A stretch of DNA of 64,000 bases from Candidatus Dormiibacter spiritus (lineage in GTDB: Bacteria > Chloroflexota > Dormibacteria > Dormibacterales > Dormibacteraceae), in the NCBI GenBank assembly GCA_003244185.1, contig QHBT01000010.1:29726-93725 (forward strand), written 5' to 3'. A model generated the notes under the pieces. It was not told where the DNA came from. It saw nothing but the letters and a program-made list of their open reading frames with translations, and did no database searches. Every line of letters starts with the position of its first letter. Within the stretch, counting starts at the first letter, position 1. The position numbers and the translations under genes were made by a program. Of this stretch, positions 52,893-64,000 are shown piece after piece.

Positions 52893-53681
52893 TCAAATGA
52901 ATGACCGGGAGCGCATCAGGGGGGGCAGGGCGTCGGGCAGCCCGGCTGCCCCTCGGACGGCGCAGGTGAGCGGCTCTGGCGGAACGCGCACGGGCAGTGC
53001 CGTCCAGCCGGACAACTCGGCTGCGAGGTGCGGCCACCGCCACAGGTCGCCAGCCAGATGAAATCCCCGCTCGCGGGCCTGCTGGGTCTGCCTGTCAGTC
53101 AGGCCGGAGTGGACTTCCTGGAGCATGGTCGCCAGCTGCCGGGTCGGGCTCTTTCCCACCGGCCTGCCGGTCTGCCAGGCAGCAGCCCCCAACTGCGCGG
53201 CGCCGTCCAGTACAGCTACCTCGGCGCCCCTCCCGTGCACGTGGATCACCGTCTCCAGATCGCCTCTGCCCAGCTGCAGACCGACCCCAACGGCCGCCGC
53301 TAAGGGGCCATCGACCAGCCAGCACTGGCCAGCGCCGGCTGCCACCGCAGCTCCACTTATCCGCACAGCGGCGGCTGCAGGTAGCTGACCCTGCAGGCAG
53401 ATGCCCAAGGCCGGGCGGAAGGGCCAGCGGAGACCGACGAAGCGATCCAGCACGTGTTCGACCACGAGGCTGAGCGTGATCAGCTCCGGCTGGGTCCAGC
53501 CGCCGCCCAGAACCTGCGCCTCGATTGAGCCCTCGGCGGGCTCCTCGCCCAAGCCCAACAGCGCCCCTGTCCGGCGCTCGAAGAGCGCGACGCCCGGTTG
53601 ATCGAGCACCAGGCCTGTACCGTCCAGCCAGACCCGCACCCGGTCCGGGCTGACCTGCAAGCCCAGGCGGCGGCCAAGCAT
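52893..53681 (-). CDS. MreB-like actin-fold protein, shortened and with degenerate nucleotide-binding motifs
   Basis: Collinear similarity to MreB ([43 protein letters not shown]). The phosphate-binding motifs are replaced, and it is 262 aa. Confidence 0.6.
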   Translation of the reverse strand: [262 protein letters not shown]

Positions 53682-53693
53682 CCTAACCGGGAC

Positions 53694-54998
53694 TCATACT
53701 GGCTCGACGCCTTGACTGGCGGCTGGGACCGCTGCCGGCCGCCGCTCCAAGTCGGCGCCCAGCGCTACGAACTTCTCCACCAGGTCCTCATAGCCCCTGT
53801 CCAGGTGCCAGGCCTGCTCGATGGCGCTGACACCCTGAGCGCACAGGGCGGCGATGACCAGCGCCGCCCCCGAGCGGATGTCGGAGACCCCCACCGTCGC
53901 CCCCTGCAGTTGGCGCGGCCCCGTCACGAGCGCATCCCGGCCGTGGATCTCGATGCTGGCGCCCATGCGGTTCAACTCGGTGGCGTGTTGAAAGCGGTTT
54001 TCAAAGATGTACTCGGAGATGACACAGCTTCCCTGCGCCTGCGTCATGAGCGCCATGTACTGAGCCTGGAGGTCGGTTGGAAAGCCGGGATGGACCCACG
54101 TGCCCATGTCGACGGCCCGCAGCGCCTGGGCCGGGTCGCGCCGAACCCGCAGCGTCCGATTGCGCTGCTCGAGCTGAACGCCCACCTCCTCCAGCTTGAG
54201 CAGCGTCTGCTCCAGATCCTCGTTCGGGCATTCATCGATGGTCACATCCCCGCCTGCGGCGGCGGCGGCGATGGCATACGTACCCGCCTCCAGGTAGTCC
54301 GGGACTACCTGATGCTCAGTCCCTCGCATCCGCCGGCCGCCGTAGATCACTATCTGGTCGGTGCCGGCGCCCCGCACGTCGGCGCCCATCTTGTTGAGCA
54401 GGCGGCAGAGGTCTTGGACGTGGGGTTCGCGAGCCGCGTTGAAAATCTCCGTGCGACCTTCGGCGAGAGTTGCAGCCATCACCAGGCTCTCGGTGCCCGT
54501 GACTGTGGGCAGGTCCAACACGACCCGCGCTCCCTTGAGCCGGCCCTCGCTGCGGGCGATTATCTCGTGCTCAGTTTCCTCGACCCGGGCTCCCATCGCC
54601 CGGAATCCGCGCAGGTGCTGCTCCACGCGGCGGGCGCCGATCTGGTCTCCTCCCGGCCGCGTGAGGTGTGCCTCGCCCGTTCGCGCCAGCAGGGGGCCCA
54701 GCAGCACTATGGACGCGCGCATCCGCTGCGCCATCTGGGCGGGGACTCGATCGGTGACCTGCGTGGCCTGGAGGGTGATGCGTCCCTCACCGTCAAGCGT
54801 CGAACGGCCACCCACTGCCTGCACGATCTCCGCCATCAGCGCCGTGTCGAGAATCCGCGGCACATTGCGCAGGTGGAGTGGCTCAGGAGTGAGCAGCGCC
54901 GCCGCCATGATGGCGAGGGCTGCGTTCTTGGAGCCGGCCACCTGCACGCGCCCGCGCAGGCGGCGACCGCCGGTGATCAGAAGCTGGGCAGCCACCAT
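53694..54998 (-). CDS. murA: UDP-N-acetylglucosamine 1-carboxyvinyltransferase
   Basis: [27 protein letters not shown], a [12 protein letters not shown]-type region, and C-terminal DRGYE. Confidence 0.95.
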   Translation of the reverse strand: MVAAQLLITGGRRLRGRVQVAGSKNAALAIMAAALLTPEPLHLRNVPRILDTALMAEIVQAVGGRSTLDGEGRITLQATQVTDRVPAQMAQRMRASIVLLGPLLARTGEAHLTRPGGDQIGARRVEQHLRGFRAMGARVEETEHEIIARSEGRLKGARVVLDLPTVTGTESLVMAATLAEGRTEIFNAAREPHVQDLCRLLNKMGADVRGAGTDQIVIYGGRRMRGTEHQVVPDYLEAGTYAIAAAAAGGDVTIDECPNEDLEQTLLKLEEVGVQLEQRNRTLRVRRDPAQALRAVDMGTWVHPGFPTDLQAQYMALMTQAQGSCVISEYIFENRFQHATELNRMGASIEIHGRDALVTGPRQLQGATVGVSDIRSGAALVIAALCAQGVSAIEQAWHLDRGYEDLVEKFVALGADLERRPAAVPAASQGVEPV

Positions 54999-55024
54999 CC
55001 CATCACACCAGGGATCGGCCCGCC

Positions 55025-55456
55025 TCAGCCCCGCTGGCTGCGAGACCTGGCCAAACGCAGGCGGGCTTCGGCCACCTCCAGGATCAGAGCGATGTTCGAC
55101 TCCTCTTCCGGGCTGAGCTGACCCTGGGTCTGCAAACGCTCCTGCGCCCGGCGCCGGGCTTCTTCAGCCTTCTGCTCGTCGATCTCGTCGGTCCGCTCAG
55201 CCTCATCGGCGAGAACCGTCACGCGGTCGGGCAGCACCTCGAGAAAGCCGCCTCCGACGAACAGCGAGGTCTCCTCCCCCCCGTTGCGGATCCGAAGCTC
55301 GCCGGGGCGCAGTGAGGTCAGCAACGGCGAGTGCCGAGGCATGATGCCAAGTTCACCCTCGGCTCCCTGGCAGACGAGGAACGGCCGGCCCTCGCCGTCC
55401 ACCTCGCCCTCGAAGAGGGAGCGCTCGATGCTGACGACTCGCAGCTCTACTGGCAC
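55025..55456 (-). CDS. atpC: F1 ATP synthase epsilon subunit
   Basis: 143-aa beta-sandwich plus helical hairpin, last gene of the atp operon. Confidence 0.9.
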   Translation of the reverse strand: MPVELRVVSIERSLFEGEVDGEGRPFLVCQGAEGELGIMPRHSPLLTSLRPGELRIRNGGEETSLFVGGGFLEVLPDRVTVLADEAERTDEIDEQKAEEARRRAQERLQTQGQLSPEEESNIALILEVAEARLRLARSRSQRG

Positions 55457-55493
55457 GCCAGAGTCCCGGACACTACGGTCCTGGCGCGGGACA

Positions 55494-57838
<2,345 letters not shown>

Positions 57839-57864
57839 TAGGGAGTCGTCACTGCTTTAGACAA

Positions 57865-59379
<1,515 letters not shown>

Positions 59380-59408
59380 AGTCGTTCCCCTAATTCACTC
59401 TTGCTGGT

Positions 59409-59963
59409 TCAGACCCCAGCCAGGCTACGGCGCAGCTGCTGCAGCCGGGAGGCCACACTGGCATCGATGACTTGGTCGTCGGCCTGGATCACCAGCCCGC
59501 CCATGATCTCCGGCCTGACCTTGCTGGTCAGCCGGGTTTCTCGGCCCAGGCGGCCCTCGAGCTGACGCTTCAGGGCGAGCAACTCCTCCTCGCTCAGCTC
59601 AACGGCTGAGGTCACCGTCGCCCGGATCCGGCCCTCGGCTTCGTCGTCCAGCCGCTGGAATTCCTGGCCAATCGCATCGATCTCTGACACTCGGTTGGCG
59701 GCGATGAGAAGCTTGGCCAGGTTCACCGCCTCTTTTTCCACGCGGCCTTCGAGCAAAGTCGTGACGGCTTCCTGGCGGCGCTGGCGGGCGATGCTGGGAT
59801 TCATCAGGACGGCCCTGACTTCAGCCTGATCGAGCAGCTCCTGCACTGCGGCGAGGCGGCGCGCCCATTCTTGGACCTGACCTTCTGAGCGGGCAAGCTC
59901 GAAGATCGCGCGGGCGTAGCGGCGGGCGCCGCGGCTGGGATGAAGGGAATCAGTTGCGGCCAT
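59409..59963 (-). CDS. atpH: F1 ATP synthase delta (OSCP) subunit
   Basis: 184-aa helical protein between atpF and atpA. YARAIFELA start is typical. Confidence 0.9.
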   Translation of the reverse strand: MAATDSLHPSRGARRYARAIFELARSEGQVQEWARRLAAVQELLDQAEVRAVLMNPSIARQRRQEAVTTLLEGRVEKEAVNLAKLLIAANRVSEIDAIGQEFQRLDDEAEGRIRATVTSAVELSEEELLALKRQLEGRLGRETRLTSKVRPEIMGGLVIQADDQVIDASVASRLQQLRRSLAGV

Positions 59964-60462
59964 CCCTCGCTCCGACTTCTGCTATGGCCCGATCGATGAG
60001 ATTGTGGTGGGAGCCGACGTCCAGCCGCTCGCCGACTACCTTCTCCGTCGCGCTGACCACCAGGTCGGCGACCTCACCCCGAATGGAGTCCATCGCCTTC
60101 TGGCGCTCGGCCTCGATGTCCCTGCGCGCATTGTCGGTAACGCGGCGGGCGTCCTCTTCCGCCCTCGCCTTCAGATCGGCGCGCAGCTGTTCAGCCGAAC
60201 GGCCTGCGCCTTCGATCACCTCGGCCGCCTGGGTCCGAGCCTCGTTGAGCCGTGCCTCCGCTTGACCCAGCCGTTCCTCCGCTGCCCGCCGCGACTCCTC
60301 CGCCTTGCGCAGCTGCTCAGTGATCTGCTGCTGGCGAGCCTCGGCCGCAGCGCTGATGCGCGGATAGACGAACCGCGCCAGCACGGCAAGCATCAGCAGG
60401 AACGCAACTGCTTCGATCCAGAAGGTCGCGTTGATGACAAGGATGCCGGCGGCCAGATACAT
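59950..60462 (-). CDS. atpF: Fo ATP synthase subunit b
   Basis: N-terminal TM, then a long charged helix. Operon position. Confidence 0.9.
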   Translation of the reverse strand: MYLAAGILVINATFWIEAVAFLLMLAVLARFVYPRISAAAEARQQQITEQLRKAEESRRAAEERLGQAEARLNEARTQAAEVIEGAGRSAEQLRADLKARAEEDARRVTDNARRDIEAERQKAMDSIRGEVADLVVSATEKVVGERLDVGSHHNLIDRAIAEVGARDGRN

Positions 60463-60716
60463 CAGGTGACCGGCGTTCCGATGGCGTAGATGAACACGAA
60501 GCCCAGAGCCAGATTGATGAAGTACATCGCCTCGACGAGACCGACGATCAGGAACATGTTCGTACGAAGCCGGCCTTCCAGCTCGGGCTGGCGGGACACA
60601 CCCTGAATCCAGGCGCTGCCGACCAGACCGTCACCGACGGCCGCGCCAATGGCGCCTCCGCCAAGCGCTATGCCGGCGGCGACCATGGCGGCGGCGACTG
60701 CAACTGCGTGATTCAT
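60462..60716 (-). CDS. atpE: Fo ATP synthase subunit c
   Basis: Two-helix hairpin with an RQPE loop and the carboxylate in GLVEAMYF. Confidence 0.95.
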   Translation of the reverse strand: MNHAVAVAAAMVAAGIALGGGAIGAAVGDGLVGSAWIQGVSRQPELEGRLRTNMFLIVGLVEAMYFINLALGFVFIYAIGTPVT

Positions 60717-60742
60717 TGACTCCTCCTAACTAGTGGACAGGT

Positions 60743-61519
60743 CTAAGCATGCTCTTCGTGCGCACCCTGGCGGGCCATGCCGAAGTAGATGATCGTCAGC
60801 AACATGAAGATAAACGCCTGGATCAACCCGATGAAGAGCACATCGAACAGCTTCCAGGCCACCACCAACACGGTCGACAGCAGGACCGGCACGAACGGCA
60901 GCGGGATCTGCGGGACCAGGGTGGCCAGTACAAAAAGCATGACCAAGCCGCCGAAGATATTGCCGAAGAGTCGGAGGGCCAACGTGAGGGGCTTCGCCAG
61001 CTCTTCGATGATGTTGAGCGGTGTGTACGCCACCCGCACCGCAAGATTCATGTCGAACGGTCGGGTGAAGTGATGGAGGTAGCCGCGCAGTCCCTGCACC
61101 CTGATCGCGTAGCCCGTCACCAGCAGGATCACCACCACGGCCATGGCGGCAGTCTGATTCAGGTCCGAGTTGGCGGGATGGAAATAGCCCGTCAAGGGTA
61201 GGAAGTCCAGCCAGTTGCCGATCAGGATGTAGATGAAGATCGTCAGCGCGAGCGGCACTATGAAAGTCGCCTTGGCGTCGACAGCCTCCACGACCTGGCC
61301 CTTCACGTAGCCGTAGATGAGCTCGAAGATCATCTGAAACTTGCCAGGCGTGCCAGGCCTCAGCTTGGCCGCCATCAAAAAGCAGATGAGCAGCGTGACG
61401 CCGATGGCGAAGGCGCTGGAGATCAGGCTGTCGATGTTCGCTTGGCAGAGGATGGCCGGGCCTGAGCAAAAATCGATTGTCGGATGCTCGACCGGCGGCC
61501 CTTCGGCCAGATAGCTCAC
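60743..61519 (-). CDS. atpB: Fo ATP synthase subunit a
   Basis: Polytopic protein with the conserved LALRLFGNIFGG (essential Arg). Confidence 0.95.
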   Translation of the reverse strand: MSYLAEGPPVEHPTIDFCSGPAILCQANIDSLISSAFAIGVTLLICFLMAAKLRPGTPGKFQMIFELIYGYVKGQVVEAVDAKATFIVPLALTIFIYILIGNWLDFLPLTGYFHPANSDLNQTAAMAVVVILLVTGYAIRVQGLRGYLHHFTRPFDMNLAVRVAYTPLNIIEELAKPLTLALRLFGNIFGGLVMLFVLATLVPQIPLPFVPVLLSTVLVVAWKLFDVLFIGLIQAFIFMLLTIIYFGMARQGAHEEHA

Positions 61520-61875
61520 CTCCGCGCTTCCCGCAGAGTGAGGCTGAAGGCCGCCGCGGCCATGATCACCTGGGCCAGGGCAATGCCGCCGATGACGAGG
61601 GCTGCCTTATCCAGCCCCAGCAGCGCTGCCGCACCCAGGCCGGCGACAGTGAGCACCAGCAGCCTGCCCAGTCCACCTACGCCAAACCCTGAGCGGGCAG
61701 TAAGCGCACGATCGATGAGCCAGGCGTTGCTGGCGCCGATAGCAAGACCTATGGCCAGCGCGAGAGCCCAGAAAACATGGCCGAGAGGAGTCAGAACCAA
61801 GAAAGCAAGCAGAGCGGCGAAGCTTGACAGGATTGCCGTCCGCTGTACCGCATTCTTACCCATGCCAACTGTCAA
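61516..61875 (-). CDS. atpI: ATP synthase subunit I-like membrane protein
   Basis: 119-aa four-helix hydrophobic protein immediately upstream of atpB. Confidence 0.7.
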   Translation of the reverse strand: MTVGMGKNAVQRTAILSSFAALLAFLVLTPLGHVFWALALAIGLAIGASNAWLIDRALTARSGFGVGGLGRLLVLTVAGLGAAALLGLDKAALVIGGIALAQVIMAAAAFSLTLREARR

Positions 61876-62090
61876 CCTTGCCTCACCATCCTCAAGTACA
61901 TGACGGCCGCCGCCGCCACGATACCCACGCCAAGTCCCACCAGCAGAAGGAGGGGACCGGTGTGCAGGGCGCCGTCGAGCAACGCACCGCCGACCAAGGG
62001 CACGATCACCGAGCCGGCGAGCATTCCCCCGAGGCCGATCAGCTCAGCGCTCGAAGGGCCTCCACCGCTAGCCGGTGACATCCCGCCCAA
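61872..62090 (-). CDS. AtpZ/AtpI family small membrane protein
   Basis: 72-aa two-helix protein (ELIGLGGMLAGSVIVPLVGGALLD...) at the head of the atp operon. Confidence 0.65.
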   Translation of the reverse strand: MGGMSPASGGGPSSAELIGLGGMLAGSVIVPLVGGALLDGALHTGPLLLLVGLGVGIVAAAAVMYLRMVRQG

Positions 62091-62158
62091 AGCTTAGCGA
62101 ATCCGTTCCCAGCCGACCGAATGAGTTGATTCGCCGAACCGCCCGGCGAAGCTTGGAC

Positions 62159-63328
62159 TCAGTTGCGAGCAGACCTGCCCTCCAGGAAGAGGCGGATCAC
62201 ACGGCCACCTGGCACCGGCACCCGCCGATTCAAGAGCCGCAGCCTCTCGCCCAGCAGGCTGGAGACGATCACGAGTGTGACCACCACCGCAGCCGCCAGC
62301 AGGCGCTGATGAGCGCCGAGCAGCGCCAGTCCGGCAGCCCCCAGAATGCCGGTGGCGCCGTAGAAGAGGAGGCAGGTTTCCCGCTGCGAGAGACCGAAGT
62401 CGAGCAGCTGATGGTGGACGTGATTGGAGTCGGCATGGGCTATCGAGAGGCCCTGCCGACGCCGGCGGAAAATGGCCCAAGCGGTGTCGCCGATCGGGAC
62501 CGCCAGCGCGAGCAGCGGCACCAGGAGAGCCGCGGCCACGGCTATCTTGGCAACGCTCAAAATCGAGAGCAGGGCCAGCGCCATGCCCAGGAAGTGCGCG
62601 CCCGAATCCCCCATGAAGATGCGCGCGGGATTGAAGTTGAAGACCAGGAAGCCAACGCAGACCGCCGCCAGGCAGGCGGCCAAAATCAGCACCTGATGCT
62701 GGGCGGCGGCCGGCAGGCCCGCCGGGCGGCCGAAGACGGAAACCATCAGCACCACAGCCACGATGGCCACCACGCCGGCAGCCAGACCGTCGACTCCGTC
62801 GAGCAGGTTCACAGTGTTCTGCATGCCGATCACCCAGAAGACGCTGACCGGCAGGATGAGCAAGCCGAGGTTCGGGATCTCCAGGAACGGCAGGTGGAGG
62901 AAGCGAATTTCGAAACCGAAGAGCTTGACGGCGACGACAGCCACCACTATCTGCAGACCGAGCTTGGCCAGCGCCGGGATGTCGAAGCGGTCGTCGAGCG
63001 CGTAGAGGAGCGCGCTGACGCCGCAGAGAACCAGCACCCCGAGCACACTCCAGCTGTGAGGCAGGAAGATGAGGACTGCCAAGGCAAAGGCGACGAACAT
63101 CGCAAAGCCACCCATCTTGGGAACTGCCCCGCGGTGGATGTCCCGTTCCCGATTGGGCCGCGCGACCAGGCCCAGCGCAGGCGACAGGCGGATGGCGAGC
63201 GGGGTGGCTATGAGGCAAGCGCCCAGCGCCACCAACGCCGGGATCAGAGCTGGGCCCAGGTTGGCCTGCAGTGCTGTGAGCGAGGACTGGTTGAACAGAT
63301 CGGTGAGGACCGAGGAAAGCTCGTTCAT
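62159..63328 (-). CDS. MraY-family polyprenyl-phosphate N-acetylhexosamine-1-phosphate transferase (WecA/TagO-like)
   Basis: VNLLDGVDGLAAG, FNFNPARIFMGDSGAHFLG and HHQL motifs. Polytopic. Confidence 0.9.
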   Translation of the reverse strand: MNELSSVLTDLFNQSSLTALQANLGPALIPALVALGACLIATPLAIRLSPALGLVARPNRERDIHRGAVPKMGGFAMFVAFALAVLIFLPHSWSVLGVLVLCGVSALLYALDDRFDIPALAKLGLQIVVAVVAVKLFGFEIRFLHLPFLEIPNLGLLILPVSVFWVIGMQNTVNLLDGVDGLAAGVVAIVAVVLMVSVFGRPAGLPAAAQHQVLILAACLAAVCVGFLVFNFNPARIFMGDSGAHFLGMALALLSILSVAKIAVAAALLVPLLALAVPIGDTAWAIFRRRRQGLSIAHADSNHVHHQLLDFGLSQRETCLLFYGATGILGAAGLALLGAHQRLLAAAVVVTLVIVSSLLGERLRLLNRRVPVPGGRVIRLFLEGRSARN

Positions 63329-63369
63329 GAGTAAGGCAGCAGAGAGCTGGCCTGGAAGGTCAGCCGCGT

Positions 63370-64000
63370 CTACTCAAAGCCATACGGTAGGGGGAAGCGC
63401 CGGCAGAGGTCAAGCGTGCGCTCGCGCACGGCCGCCAGGGAGGCCGGTCCCTTCTCTTCCGAAAGCGCCTCCAGGAGGTCCACCACGCAGTCGGCGACCT
63501 CCACCACCTGAGCCTCGCGCATGCCCCGCGTGGTGATGTTGGGAGTGCCCAGCCGAACCCCGCTGGGGTTGAACTTGGATGCCTCGTCATAGGGAATCGA
63601 ATTGGCGTTGAGGGTGATGCCCGCTCGGTCGGCGATCTCCACCACCGAGCGGCCCTTCAATCCCAGCGGGCGAAGGTCGATCAGCATCAGGTGGTTGTCG
63701 GTGCCGCCGGTGGTCAGCCGCAGTCCCCGCTCCTGGAGCCGTCGCGCCAGGGCCTGGGCATTGTCGACTACGGCTCTGGCGTACTGCTTGAACTCAGGCT
63801 TGAGCGCTTCTCCGAAGCAGACCGCCTTGGCAGCGATGGCGTGCATGAGCGGACCGCCCTGGGTTCCCGGGAAGACTGCCGAGTCGAGCGGCTTCTGCCA
63901 TTCAGTGCCGGCGGCGAGGATCATGCCTCCCCAGGCGCCGCGCAGAGTCTTCTGGGTGGTGGTGGTGACGATGTGCGAGTCAGGCACCGGCGAGGGGTGG
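63370..64000 (-). CDS. glyA: serine hydroxymethyltransferase, 3' part (5' end beyond the window)
   Basis: HPSPVPDSHIVTTTTQKTLRGAWGGMIL...FPGTQGGPLMH...TGGTDNHLMLIDL. The frame is open to the window edge. Confidence 0.9.
   Translation of the reverse strand, partial: HPSPVPDSHIVTTTTQKTLRGAWGGMILAAGTEWQKPLDSAVFPGTQGGPLMHAIAAKAVCFGEALKPEFKQYARAVVDNAQALARRLQERGLRLTTGGTDNHLMLIDLRPLGLKGRSVVEIADRAGITLNANSIPYDEASKFNPSGVRLGTPNITTRGMREAQVVEVADCVVDLLEALSEEKGPASLAAVRERTLDLCRRFPLPYGFE

Noticed and set aside
53598-55121. 507-aa plus-strand ORF opposite murA, and the similar 62075..63334 and 62094..63218 ORFs over the wecA-like gene.
   Set aside because: Antisense or out-of-frame shadows of strongly supported genes. 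The translations are Arg/Gly/Pro/His-rich with no motifs.

Overview
This is a high-GC bacterial chromosomal window, densely coding and almost entirely core housekeeping. The atp-murA-mreB-like and glyA-wecA-atp gene order resembles Terrabacteria, but any taxon call is inference only. Contents in order: nuoG-N (complex I); a gamma-glutamyltransferase-family gene, SDR, NUDIX, dCMP deaminase, rmuC and an LLM oxidoreductase; class II ribonucleotide reductase nrdJ; a sigma-70 factor; pdxH; an ATP-dependent DNA ligase; a GH63-like hydrolase; an M20 peptidase; rdgB-rph-tatC-tatA; a cyclophilin; murI; hbd; a lone 2-oxoacid dehydrogenase E2 with lipA-lipB; dedA; malate synthase; ctp, an M23 peptidase and ftsX-ftsE; prfB-secA-comF; a small cell-envelope cluster (GT2, TagA-like, cyclase-family, polysaccharide deacetylase, MreB-like); murA; the full F1Fo ATP synthase operon (atpZ-I-B-E-F-H-A-G-D-C); a WecA/TagO-like transferase; and the 3' part of glyA. 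There are five tRNAs (Pro-UGG, Leu-UAA, Cys-GCA, Phe-GAA, Val-UAC). I saw no CRISPR array, transposase, integrase or obvious defence island. The observations worth a second look are at the level of recoding and annotation. (1) A peroxiredoxin-like gene is split in the ORF track by an in-frame TGA at the first Cys of its CxxC motif, with a SECIS-like hairpin downstream, so it is a probable selenoprotein. (2) prfB carries the classic +1 frameshift site. (3) At least three conserved genes (rdgB, murI, GH63-like) have conserved N-termini upstream of any ATG/GTG/TTG, pointing to CTG or other near-cognate initiation at translationally coupled junctions. (4) A truncated MreB-like protein with degenerate nucleotide-binding motifs sits downstream of murA. 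(5) There is a tandem pair of paralogous small proteins of unknown function. (6) A 45-codon ORF exactly bridges the comF stop and the secA start. Many long ORFs in the track are antisense or out-of-frame shadows typical of high-GC DNA and were not called.
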